Below, piece by piece: positions 12,080 to 26,009 of a stretch of 64,000 bases of DNA. The position numbers were made by a program, and so were the translations under genes. The stretch is from the NCBI RefSeq assembly GCF_009914755.1, contig NC_060945.1. One strand, given 5' to 3'. The stretch is from the human T2T-CHM13v2.0 reference genome, Homo sapiens. Numbering within the stretch: the first letter of the stretch is position 1; each line of letters starts with the position of its first letter. The notes beneath the pieces were generated by a model. It had not been told where the DNA came from. It made no database searches and saw only the letters and a list, made by a program, of their open reading frames with translations.

Positions 12080-12545
12080 CCTTACAGAGACTAGAGACAT
12101 ATAACTAAATACAATCTTAGACTGAGTCCTTATTGAAGGAAAAAAAGTGTTATAAGTACATTGTTGGGTCAATTAACAAAACTGGAATATGGACAGTAAA
12201 TAAGAGTATTATATTGAGGCAAAATTTACCAAAGTTGATAAGCGTACTACAGCTGTGCAAAAGAATAAATATTCCTAGTCTTAGGAAATACACTCTGAGG
12301 GATTTAGGGGTAAAGGGCCATGGTGTACGCAACTTGCTTGCAAAGGAGACAAATATATTTTTTCTATGTTATGCATACATGTATATGTGTATGTATGGAA
12401 AGAGAGAGCAAATGATAAAGCCAATGGAATAAAATGTCCACAACAGGTGATTCTGGATAAAGGGTATTTGTTGTGCTTCTCAATATTTTTACTATTGCAA
12501 TTTTTCTGTAATTTGAAATGAGTTCCACACTAGAAGTTTAACAAA
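12080..12545 (+). mobile_element. Old L1 (L1ME-like) 3' fragment
   Basis: gtcaattaacaaaactggaatatggac, cttaggaaatacactctgagg, ttgcaatttttctgtaatttgaaat motifs; boundaries approximate. Confidence 0.6.
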
Positions 12546-12922
12546 TATACACCTTACAGTTTGAAATTATGTTTTAAAGAAAAGTTGGAAAGCGGAGAGA
12601 CAAAAGGGGGAAAAAAACAGGTAAAAAATTAATTTCGGGAAAATAATTATCCACACATCTAGGTGGCTTCTTCCCATCTTCTGAGACAGGTCAGCATCAT
12701 AGATGCCTACTGTACTCCAGTCCTCAGCCTCATTCTTATCTCTCCAGTCTTCCTGATCAGGAAATAGCTTCAAAGGTCAGCCAGGTTGGCTCAAAAAATC
12801 CACAGACAAAATGGGTGAAAATGAGTATCTTGGAAATGGTGTGTTGCATCCTCTTGGTCCTGAGCACTCTGCCTCCTCGTGCTGCTCCTGGAGCCACCAC
12901 TGAATCAGGCAAACACATTTCT

Positions 12923-13253
<331 letters not shown>

Positions 13254-13433
13254 AGGCAAACACATTTCTATGCCAGACCTCTAGGGGGAACTCCTTGGGA
13301 TTGACGCTCAAAGGCATGAAGCTTTGAATTTCTCTCTCAATGTTACAAAACTTAAAACCCCCTTCGAAATAGATGGCTACGCTGCAGACCAAGGTACTAA
13401 ACAATATTTTATTATAACAATAATCATTAGTGA

Positions 13434-14061
13434 TGTCAATTGAGAAAAATGACAACACAAGTCTCAATCATTTTAGGAAGTTTATTTGCCAAAGGTAAGA
13501 ATGCGAGCCTGGGAGACAGGTCTATGCCTTTCTCCAAAGATGATTCTGAGGGCTCCAAATTTAAAGGGGAAAGGGCAGGATATTGCAAAGTACACAATTT
13601 TCACGTAAGAGGGGGCTAGGAAAAATTAGTCATTCGTGCCTTTGTCTGGCTCAATAAATCTGCATTTTTTTTATGTAAGATGACATAGACAAATAAGGCA
13701 GAGGAAAAAGGCAGGCAATCTGCATTTTACATAAGATAACATAGACAAAATGGGGCAGGGAAATAATCAGATAGGCATTTGGGTCAGTTGGGCAGGAGGA
13801 TGGCTGCACCTGTAAAGATAAGCTATCAATTTGCATTGCCATGGTGAAATTTTAACAGAAACACCTTAGAGTAAAGATCTTGCAGCTCACCAGGAATTTA
13901 CTTGTAGGCAAAATATGGGGGAGACATGTAGCTTTTCATCTTGTAGCCATCTTATTTAGGAATGAAAAACGGGGAGGCAGGTTTGGGTGACCCCGTCCCT
14001 AGCTCCACTTTTCCCTTTGGCTTAATGAGTTTGGGGTCCCAAGATTTAATTTCCTTTCACA
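13434..14061 (-). mobile_element. ERV1 solo LTR, MER4A-like
   Basis: Ends ...ttccctttggcttaatgagtttggggtcccaagatttaatttcctttcaca, the reverse complement of the MER4 start; ~630 bp. Confidence 0.85.
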
Positions 14062-14064
14062 ATA

Positions 14065-14278
14065 TCATTCTATTCTAAGCCACTGAAATGTGTTAACTCA
14101 TTTAATCCTCACAACAACCTTGTAAGAGAAGTATATGATTACTTCCAGTTTATAATACAAATGAAGAAATCAAAGCCCAGACAGAATAAGTAACTTGCCC
14201 AAGGTCATGCAACTGGTAAGCCACTGAATTTGAACCCAGGAAATTTGACTTCAAAGACCACATTCTTAATTACCACAC
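14065..14278 (-). mobile_element. MIR SINE
   Basis: aactcatttaatcctcacaacaacc...aagtaacttgcccaaggtca...tttgaacccagg. Confidence 0.85.
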
Positions 14279-14939
14279 TCAACTTCTCAACTGCACCATC
14301 CTAAGACCCAGACATCAACCTTCATCTGTTAGCCAGTTAGAACAATTCAAATTATCCTGGTTGAGTGGCCTGGATGTCACTACAGATGCGATATTGCCTT
14401 TGTTTACAATCCCATTGTCTAAGCTTCATAAGGCAAACCCCTATTGAAAAGTCAAGTTTACTCCATGGTTGCTATTAAATTTCTGGGGCCATGTTCAGCA
14501 TTTGTTCTTTTCACCCCCGTCAAATGAACTGGATAGACTAAGCAACTAATTGATTTTCTCCATAAAATCTTCAACAATTTTCTCATAACCCAAAATGATC
14601 TCTCCCCTCTAAATCCATTATGAATCATCAGGTGGTGTTCGGCTTCCATAACAATAGACAATGTGCCATTTCCTTGCACATAATCCCTGGGTGGCAGGAC
14701 CTAAGATTTGTTCGGTTGGCTTAGCTCATACTTCACATAGATTCTGATCAAGAAATCTATTTTCCCCTCTCTGGGAAGCAGGAGATCCACGGCTGGCTTT
14801 CATGGAAAACAAGCAACCACTTATCTCATGGGCTTTCCAGTCTCAAAAGAAAGCCCCACAGCTATAATAGGGAGGGTGCTGTAGTAGAGGTTATAGAAGT
14901 AGTAGTAGTAATAGTCTCATAGCACCAGTAATAGGCGTA

Positions 14940-15055
14940 GTGGCTAACATTTCACCAAGTATCAGGTCCGACTTTAAATACTTTACCTCATCACATCCCT
15001 ATGATGTAAGTACTGTCGTATCCCATTTTATAAATGAGAAGGCTGAGGCACAAAA
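14940..15055 (-). mobile_element. MIR fragment
   Basis: tcccattttataaatgagaaggctgaggcaca core. Confidence 0.65.
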
Positions 15056-15101
15056 TAAGGCAGGTATGTGGGCCCTTGGAAAGTCAGATTTTGCAGCCAC
15101 C

Positions 15102-15400
15102 TTGTATTGGTCAGACAGTCTTACCACTGTAGCAAACAACCCCACTTCTCAGTAGTGTCACCTAATGAAGATTCATCCCCCAGTCATAGCACAGTCTGAT
15201 GAGATACTCAGCAGCATCCTTCCACAAGGTGATTCAGAAGCCCTGGGCCCTCCCTCCTAGAGGCTCCATCATCCTCTGGTCTTTGGAGTTCTCCGTGGAC
15301 CATGTCCAGTTGACAGAGAATAAGGAGGCCTGAAATATGGTCTCCTGTGTGATCAAGAGAAAAATGAACACATTGATGAACACACGGTATGCTCTCAGAG
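15102..15400 (-). mobile_element. Old MaLR LTR fragment (MLT1J/K-like)
   Basis: tgtattggtcag...ctgtagcaaacaacccca...ggctccatcatc; degenerate. Confidence 0.45.
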
Positions 15401-16016
15401 CAATCTTAGAAGCGTGGGTCACTTAGGGACAGAGGATAGACAGCAAGAGAAGAATGCTGGCCCCGACCACCTCTCCAGTGTGAATGCCACCTTCCCTCCC
15501 TCACCGTTCCCCAAGCAGAGAACCAACATTCACACAAATCGGATTATGACTTCTCGTGTTTTCAAGAACGGTCAGTCCTCTGAGTCTTCCAGGCCAGAGT
15601 CTCCCTCCACAACTAAACGCAGAAGTGGGGTGGAATAAAGGACAGAGGTACGTGAACTTTCTCTGACTCACCTGGGCTTCGGCCGGAAATAAGCAAAGTG
15701 CTGATACCTGACGTAGCCGTGACCTGGGCAAGGTATTGTTTCACATGATCCTGTTCCTGAGTGCTTAGGCAAGGCTCGACCAGCCTGAGTCTCACTCTGG
15801 CTCCTACCACACCTTGTTTATTAAGTCATAAAACTTTCATGAAGTTAAGCCAGGCATAGCGGGGCTCATCTGACTACAGCTACAAGCCTCCAGAAGAGTG
15901 CTGGCACTAAGACAGACATTTGTCGAAGGGTGACTACCTCTCTGCTTGCCATTCAATTATGTCCTGTTTGTTATGAATTTTATTTGATTCCTCCATCAGA
16001 ATTTCCTTTCCAATTA

Positions 16017-16523
<507 letters not shown>

Positions 16524-17134
16524 TCAATGTTTTCTTTTTTTAAAAAAACTTTTGAGTCAACGTAACTTTTTCCCTGACTGTTTTGTTCCTTGATGTTCTT
16601 GCCTTTACCTGGTGTCAAAACCCATCTGTGAGCACAGTTAGATAAGGCTTCTCATTGTTCTCAGGGTGCATAAAATCCCTCTCCCTCCCTTCCTTCTCTC
16701 CCTCTCCCTGTGCCTTTCTCTGGCTCTCTCTTTTTCTGCCTACCTCATCTCTACCCTTCCTCCTTCCAGAAGCTTTCAAATACAAATTGAGAAAGAAGAA
16801 AACTCCCCAAATAAAACTATACAAGCAAATCCATTCGGCATAATATCTGTGTCATTCTGTATGAAAATCATTAGGTAAGTGTGACCTGAGAGAATTAGAG
16901 AAAATAAATAGGAGCAACTAGAAACCAATGCACCTGGTATAACTAATAAAGAAAACATGAGACTTTTAGTGAAAGGAGTTAAATAAGACCACTGAAAGTT
17001 GATGTGATAGGAACCACATCAGGACTAAGCACCTTTTAAATAAACTAATCCTGCACTTTAGGAAATCAAAACTACAGCTGGCAGTATCCAGTTCACATCA
17101 CTGTGCTGACTGCCTACCAAAATGAGGTTTTGTG

Positions 17135-17740
17135 TTCCCATGTATATCCCACTCACAATAGCAAAGATATGGAACCACCCTAAGTGTCTATCAACAGATG
17201 AATGGATAAAGAAATGGTGGTATATGTACAAAGTGGAACACTATTTGGCCACGAAAAAGAATAAAATCCTGTCATTTGCAGTAACATGGATGGAACTGGA
17301 AGTCATTATGTTAAGTGAAATAACCCAGGCTCAGAAAGATGAATATTGCATGTTCTCACTCATAGGTGGGAGCTAAGAAAAGGGGAGCACATGGAGGTTG
17401 AGAGTGGAATGATAGATACCAGAGACTGGGAAGGGTGTGTGGGTGGGAGGCGGGGGCATGAAGAGGGGTAGGTTAATGGGTACAAACATACAGTTAGATA
17501 GAAGGAATAAGTGCTAGTGTTCCATAGCAGAGTAGGGTGGCTACAGTTAACAACAGTGTATTGTATATTTCAAAATAACTAGAAGGGAGAACGAAAATGT
17601 TCCCAACACACAGAAATGAGAAATACTTGGGTGATGAATATACAAAAACCCTGACTTGATCATTTCACATTTATGCATGTCATAAAATTTCACATGCACC
17701 CCATAAATATGTACAAATATAATATATTGATAAAATAAAG
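17135..17740 (+). mobile_element. L1MA-like 3' fragment
   Basis: ORF2 C-terminal remnant (KIWNHPKCLSTDEWIKKWW in ORF 17122..17376) followed by an L1MA 3'UTR. Confidence 0.88.
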
Positions 17741-18372
17741 TGAGTGCTATGTTACACACTGGGGTTGGAGGGCTAAATCAGAAGTGATCTCTGCCCTTGA
17801 GGAGGGAGTCAGACTAAGGGTTCCCCTACAAGATGGTCAACGTGATGACAGACACGCAGGAAGAACAGAGGACTGTACTTCAATGTCCTGGGGACAGGGA
17901 TGGGATCTGGCATATGTAAGAGGAAACAGCCAACCTCAGGTGTAAGCAGAGTAGAATACAAGAGAGAAATAATTAGCAGAAGGTTTGCCAAGATGTCACG
18001 GGGGAAGTATGTGGATAGAACAAAGGCCGGGGGAACGGGGGAATGTGTGGAAGAAGAGTCTGGCCTGATGTAACTCAGAGGCCACGCAAGAGGCACGGAG
18101 CAGGCGAACTTTCACCTGCTGACTGTTCTAGAAAGCAGCACATCTGAGGCGTTCTTCACTCTCTTTGGTGATAACTTCTTCTATCCGAATGTAGAGGAGA
18201 CCATGAGAAATGCTACCTAGGATGAAGTTCTGATTAACCAAGATAAACCATCTCTGGGAGAGTAGAAGTGGCAGAAATACAGAAGAAAGCTTCTACCATC
18301 ACCTTGGAGTTTCACAGCCAGGCAGGAGAGTGAATTTGAAAAAGGCTAAAGAAAGCTCAGAAAAAAAATTAC

Positions 18373-18690
18373 GGCCAGGTGTGATGGCTCACGCCTGTAA
18401 CCCCAGAACTTTAGGAGGCCGACACGGGCAGATCACTTCAGATCAGGAATTGGATACCAGCCTGGCCAACCATGGTGAAACCCCCCCTCTACTAAAAATA
18501 CAAAAATTAGCTGGGTGTGGTGGCATGCACTTGTAATCCCTAGCTACTCGGGAGGCTAAGGCATGAGAGTTGCTTGAAACTGGGAGGCGGAGGTTGCAGG
18601 AAGCTGAGATAACACCACTGCACTCCAGCCCGGGTGACAGAGTGAGACTCCATCTCAAAAATAAATAAATAAATAAAAAATAAAAAATAA
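18373..18690 (+). mobile_element. Alu (AluS-type)
   Basis: Full dimer with a (TAAA)n tail. Confidence 0.93.
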
Positions 18691-18985
18691 GGCCAGGCAC
18701 GGTGGCTGACACCTGTAATCCCAGCACTTTGGGAGGCCAAGGCAGGTGGATCACAAGGTCAGGAGATCGAGACCATCCTGGCTAACACGGTGAAACCCCG
18801 TCTCTACTAAAAATTTTGAAAAATTAGCCAGGCGTGATGGTGGGCGCCTGTAATCCCAGCTACTCGGGCGGCTAACGCAGAAGAATGGCATGAACCCACG
18901 GGCGGAGCTTGCAGTGAGCGCAGATCATGCCACTGTACTCCAGCCTGGGTGACAGAGCAAGACTCCGTCTCAAAGAAAAAAAAAA
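18691..18985 (+). mobile_element. Alu (AluY-like) inserted in the tail of the preceding Alu
   Basis: gagaccatcctggctaacacggtg, gaatggcatgaacc and gcggagcttgcag diagnostics. Confidence 0.92.
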
Positions 18986-19323
18986 TATTACATAGACTTC
19001 CATGGACAAAGTCATGAGAAACGAAGACAATTCAAGAGAAATTCAAGGCTCCAGAAAAGTGAAATTGGTTGTAGTGATACAGTCAGAAATAATGCCTATA
19101 TGACTACTTAAAAACATCTTGCATTAAAAACATTTTAGAAATTATTAATAGAAAGTTATAAAAATGAAATTAAAATCACTCACAATTTCATTAACCGGAA
19201 GTTTTTTCTCCAATAAATACACTTAAATTGGAAAATAGTATAAACAGTACATCCTACTTTTCTTTCACTTAGTATAAGAGTATCTGCCATTAATTTAGCT
19301 TTCTTTGAAAAATGTGACTTTTC

Positions 19324-19995
19324 CAAAAAAATAACAGATCTTGGCGAGGTTGTGGAAAAAACGGAACCTTATACACTGCTGTTGGTAATTTAAATTAGTT
19401 CAACCATTGTAGAAAGCAGTATGGTGATTCCTCAAAGAGCTAAAAGTGGAACTACCATTCAACCCAGCAATCCCATTACTGGGAATACACCCAGAGGAAT
19501 ATAAAGCATTCTACCATAAAGACACATGCATGCCAATGTTCACTGCAGCACTGTTCACAATAGCAAACATGGAATCAACCTAAATGCCTGTCAATAACAG
19601 ACTGGATAAAGAAAATGTGGTACATATCCACCATGGAATATTATGCAGACATAAAAAAGAATGAGATCATGTCTTTCGCAGGAACATGGATGGAGCTGGA
19701 GGCTATTATCCTTAGCAAACCAACACAGAACAGAAAAGCAAATACTGCATGTTCTCACTTGTAAGTGGGAGCTAAATGACAAGAACTTGTGAATACAGAG
19801 AAGGAAATAACAGACACTGGGGTCTACTTGAGGGGGAGGGTGTGATGAGGAACAGGAGCAGAAAAGATAACTATTGGGTACTGGGCTTAATACCTGGGTG
19901 ACACAATAATAGGTACAACCAACCCCCATGACACGTTTACCTATGTAACAAACCTTCACATGTGCCCCCAAACCTAAAATAAAAATTAAAAAAGG
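19324..19995 (+). mobile_element. L1 3' fragment (older L1PA, ~L1PA13-16), inserted in an older L1M remnant
   Basis: ORF2 end plus 3'UTR (aaagataactattgggtactgggcttaatacctggg); TSD aaatgtg(a/t)cttttc (19310-19323 / 19996-20009). Confidence 0.92.
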
Positions 19996-22741
19996 AAATG
20001 TGTCTTTTCATAGCTGTGAATGGTGTCCATTATATGGATGTTAGACAATGATTTTAGCACTTCCTTATTGCTGGAAAGAGGTCATTAATAATTTATTGAC
20101 ATGATAAATAACACCATGATGAACATCTTCAAGGCTTTTGCTATTCCTTCACAACAGGGTGGGCTCTTCCTCAGCTCCTATGTGAATATGGATTGCTGAT
20201 GTTCTTACTTGGACTGCTGTGAAAATATTCCTGGCTAGCTAACGCACTTGTCTAAGGAAAATACTACAGAGCTTACTTTTCAGTTATCCTTGATAATAGA
20301 GGGAAAAGGAGATGAAAACAGGCGCTATTTCATCTACTTTCTGCTTGGCCTAAAAATGCATGGGAACAGCTCCAGAGAATTCCCAGACACCGTGGGTGGC
20401 TCTGAGGGGCTATTTTTATAATAACTAATTTTGTTCATTTTCTTTTATGCCAATCAGAAGTTTGGCCAGTGAATCTTCCCCCACCCTCCTCATTCTAGTC
20501 TCTATAAAACAGATTACTTTTTCTTTATACATACCACACACATAGGAAGGGAGAAATACACAAGAGATGGAAATGCAACTAACTTTGTCCGGGCTCTGCA
20601 AGTTGTTCATGAAATTACAAAGCCAAGGGAAAAAATAAAAACACTGTTGGAAGAGAAGCCAGAACTCTGAGCTGAAGCATTGGCTTGTGTGTTACAGCAG
20701 AAGCCTGCATGTGGTCGACGGTTAGAGAAGACAGTAGCCATGGGGTCAAGAGGACAGATGGGCATGGGCAATCCAGGAAGCCGAGCCTGTGGTCAGTGGC
20801 CTGTGGGGAAGCTGAGACTGTTTTTGTCCACAGTTGAGTAAGTTTGCTGTTAGAAGAAACTCCTTTGAGGCAGCTTGAGGCCTTCATGAAAAATGCAGCC
20901 TAACCTCTAAGGAATAATGTCTATGATGGGTCTCACGAAATCTGCAAAGAATTGTTGAGCAACTTTAAAGGCTGGTGTCCTGCACTGCCTGCCAAGGGTA
21001 AAGCCGGTGGACCTGTGTATCTCACAAATCTCAGAAACAGCTGATTCTTTAGAGCCCTGTTCAAATGAAAATACTCCCAGAGGTCTTGCGACTAGGCTGC
21101 ATTGCTCACCACTCAGACGGGAGCCTTCCATGAGCAAAGGAGAGACACAACTTTACAATGGCTCCAGCTGCAAGGAACTGCATTTTTTCAAGAGCCAGAT
21201 GTGTTTCTCCAGATAACACACTGTCCTCCCTACTGGAAGCTCCAGAGAACTCCAGGAGGAGAAGGAAGAAGAGGCTTTAAAAATGTCTAGCCATGCAGTG
21301 AGTCACCAAGCAGCTCTTCGCCTTGTTGTTCTCTCTTTCCTAATGTCACTAAGGTCACCTCTGAACAGAAGAACACCCATTGGGGGCCCATGGAGGAGAG
21401 AGCGTCCTGGGGAGCGCAAGTAGGCTCCTGGCTGCAGCCGGGGAAGAGGAAGGCGGTGAAACGAACAGGCTCAAGTAGCAGCCTGCTCTTGGCAGGAGCT
21501 ACTGCTAATTTTCCTTGGCTGGCTCTGACTACCTGTCTGAAAGCAATGCAATGCAGGAAGGAAATTTTTCAAGAGATTAAACTATTATTGTTTCCTGTGT
21601 GGCTGTCTTCACTGGTGTATGAAAAAAAAAAAAGGCTTTAAGAGCACTTGAAAAGAGATTTGTCTGAATAGCAGGGTGGTTGTGATTCATCCCCCCCTCC
21701 AGTCGGGATTTGGCCAATTTCCTCAGGAAAGTGGTCGATTAGGACCCATGGATTTATCCGTGGCCTAAATATAAGATGTCATAAAGGTGATTAATGGTAA
21801 GCTCACCATCAGAGGGAGTTAAGAGTTTATAAAAGCTATTTTTAACAGGTTGGAAGGTGAAAAAAACTCATTTGTCCTGTTGCCAACATGTTTCAATGGT
21901 TAAAAACCTCTTTGTAGGCCCTGATAATTCATGCTACCAACTGTTAAAGGTCGTTGTATTTTCTGATTTTACAAGTTTGTTTGAAAAATTGATTCACTGT
22001 GTTTGGCTGTTTATATAAAAGCAATGAGGGGGAAGGAAAAGACCACGTTATTTCCACCATGATTAGCGATTGCTGCGCGTGGTGACACTTCAGTACAAGA
22101 GCCTTGTTTCTTCTTTCCACCCCGCCTCAGGGGAGAAAAGGGGCCTTTCTGTTTATGCTCCTACCACATAAATAGCAACTGATGGAGGGTGTCCCAAGAC
22201 AGTTTTCAGAGCCCAAACAAAATTAGCCTGAGGTTCCCAAATCAGGGAAAATTGCAGTAGTTCAGAAAATGGAAGATGGCATTGATGGCTCCTAGCAGTG
22301 TCCAGTGTGGTTCCTTTGGGTCACGTCACCCAGAGATGCTCCAAAATGTTACTTCATTCTGACGGTAATTCCATAAACAAAGCATCCCTTTAAAATATGA
22401 CATCTTCTTCCCAGTCACAAACTAATCACCTTTGTTTAAAGGAACATATCTGACCCACTTCTTCTCAGAAAAGCTGAATTTCCTATAAAGTACCTACCAA
22501 ATTATCTAAAATGTGCATTTAACATTGGCAGAAGAATATGGTCATACACTAATGAATAGTTGCCGAATACAAAAGGTTGTCACTGATGTCTAGATATTTG
22601 GATGTTTCATGGATGGTAGAAACATGAAGTCCATTCTTCAATGCGTATGGCATGGAGTGGGATGTGGGGAAGGGCTAATTATTGAAATATAATCAATTGC
22701 TATCAACAATTTTGAGTTACTGGCAAAAATAGATAAAATAC

Positions 22742-22909
22742 TTTTTTTTTTTTTTTTTTTAAAGAAACAGGGTTATGCTCCACCTCCCAGGCTGGAGTGG
22801 AGTGGCACAATCATCACACACTGCAGCCTCAAACTCCTGGGCTCAAGTGATCCTTTCACCTTGGCCTCCCAAAGTGCTGAGATTACAGGCATGAGCCACC
22901 ATGCTAGCG
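22742..22909 (-). mobile_element. Monomer-length old Alu (FRAM/AluJ-like)
   Basis: polyT, right-arm-like cccaggctggagtg..cactgcagcctc joined to left-arm-like ctcccaaagtgctg; degenerate TSD ataa(a/g)atacttt. Confidence 0.8.
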
Positions 22910-23259
22910 AAGATAAGATACTTTCTTATGATTCTTGCAATATTTTGAAAGATGACACCAATCAACATGATACAGTACAGGGTATTCCTTGATTAATTCA
23001 TAAACATTATAGGACAGTCTAATGTGCCAAGTATACTCACAACTAGAGAGGCAAATATGAATAAGACTTCAATGAGCTCCACAGGAAGCCTGGTAGATAG
23101 AGAAGTCTCTTACAACAGAGGGAGATAAGAGATATGATCATATGTATATATGCACTCCTTCCCTGGGAGTCAGAGAGGGGTAAAATTTTTTCTCCTAGAT
23201 TGCCAAAAGTAGAGACAATAAGAGCAATAATAGCTAACTAGAAGCTTCTGTTTTAGGGT

Positions 23260-23455
23260 GCAACATAAAAGCTCCAGGAATGGCTTTTTCTGATATCTCA
23301 TTGTCCTGAATTTACTCTGACCACCACACCTAGCTGCAAAGGAGGCGGGAAAATGCAGTTTCTCTCTGAGCAGCCATTGCCACCTGAAGGATAGAGTTTC
23401 TATTACCAAAAGGAAGAAAGGAAAGACAACTCTGGGGAACAGGTAGCAGGTTGTG
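23260..23455 (-). mobile_element. Old MaLR LTR fragment (MLT1K-like)
   Basis: ccacacctagctgcaaaggaggcgggaaaatgcagt motif. Confidence 0.55.
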
Positions 23456-24280
23456 CACGTCATTTTAAACTATTGCCATGTAGGAGTCGAAAAGGAACCA
23501 TAACATCAGAAAATAGCCATCAGCACGACCGTTTCTGTTGAGTGTGCAAGGCATAAGGCCATGTACTCTACAGCCTGCAACAAAAGGTAAGGCATTTTCT
23601 CATTTTTTGCATTAAAATTGTTTATAATCATTTACTATTTTATAACAAATATTTATAATAATGTTTCATTTATTTTCTCATCAAAAGAGAGAGCAATACA
23701 AGCTGTATGAGTTTTGTTCAAAAAGTAGTAGAGAATTTAAGAGCAAGGAGAAGGAAAGGAGATGAAATAAGCTTTGAGTCAGCAGACTCATGGAAAGATA
23801 GCAAAAGCAAGAAAGATCATCCAAATCAGAGTTAGCTGTTGTGATGGGCTGTTTCCTCAGTCATCTGTGAGCCCTGTCAGTGGAGGTTGTGTTTTATTTA
23901 TCTTTGTGTGCTGAGCGCCCAGTAGGGCTCATTTCCTGGCATTTGATTATGCTAAAGTGAGGGAAAGAACACTTTATTGGCCTTTAAATAATGAATAGAA
24001 TGCACTAAGGGCTATCACAGAAGAGCCATTTGACCTTGACCTCACAATCACAGGGTCTCAAATTTTAACTTTCAAGACACTTATATGACATATATAGATG
24101 ACACGCATAGTTGAAAGATGATGATATTCATCATATAACTTTGATTTCCTGTGTTATTACCAGGCCACACCACATGTTATACACAATAAATTGGTTTTTA
24201 TAAACCCTATAAATATCTTGTGCCCAACACCATTATCCTGAGTTGAACAGTTTGTCTTTAGGTTAAAAAGAATTTGTTTG

Positions 24281-24610
<330 letters not shown>

Positions 24611-24645
24611 TTATTTTGGCTTTTTTTTTTCTTCATCTTTTTTAA

Positions 24646-25076
<431 letters not shown>

Positions 25077-25566
25077 TAAATGCAAGTGCCCTGAAAGCCC
25101 TCTCTTCATTTGTCCCATTTAGATTTGTGAACTGGGCTTCCCTCCCTTTCCCAGGTGAAGTCACTAGGTTCAGGCAATTCCCTGGCCCTTTCCATCCTTC
25201 ATAATTGCTACTCTTAGGCTCAGTACTCTCACTGGGCCTCAAGATAGTCAGGCTGGGACCCTAGCTTCTGGCTCAAAAGCAGGTAAACCAGGAAATAAAG
25301 AAAGTTTAGATGGACACAGTCCCCAGTTTCCTCCCTCCCCCAGGAGTGCCTATGTGGACATTACAGTGTTTGGGAGCACCTACAACACTCCCCATTCAAA
25401 CTTGATAAATACACACTTAACTAGATCCAAATCCCAAATCTTATACAAAGAACTTAAATGCAAGCAATCTCTAAATGAATTTACTAAAAACATGTGATTT
25501 TTTGTTTCATCCTAACCCCCAGGGTTCATTCCTAATTAGAAAGGTCTATAAAAACAATACAATGAC

Positions 25567-25872
25567 AGATGGGCACGGTGGCTCACACTTGTAATCCCAG
25601 CACTTTGGGAGGCCGAGGCGGGTGGATCACGAAGTCAAGAGATCGAGACCATCCTGGCCAACATGGTGAAACCCTGTCTCTACTAAAAATAAAAAAATTA
25701 GTTGGGCATGGTGGCGTGTGCCTGTAGTCCCAGCTACTCACGAGGCTGAGGCAGGAGAATCACTTGAACCCAGGAGGCGGAGGTTGCAGAGAGCTGAGAT
25801 CACGCCACTGCACTCCAGCCTGGGCGACAGAGTGAGACTCTGTCTCAAAAAAAGAAAAAAAAAAAGAAAAAA
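25567..25872 (+). mobile_element. Alu (AluSc-like), full length
   Basis: gatcacgaagtcaagagatcgagaccatcctggccaac; TSD core acaatg(a/g)c. Confidence 0.94.
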
Positions 25873-26009
25873 CACAATGGCAAAAACAATAATCCTTCTT
25901 CAAGCCTAAGTTTCACACATATCAGCAATATTGGCATAAGAAGCAGATTTTGTAAAACTGCAATTCAGTTTTACAAAATCTAGGCTCTCTCACCTTTCCC
26001 AACTATGCT

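Noticed and set aside
17122-17376. ORF resembling the L1 ORF2 C-terminus
   Set aside because: Truncated, degenerate L1MA fragment; not autonomous
23518-23540. tcagcac resembling a REST/RE1 half site
   Set aside because: The right half (ggacag) is absent
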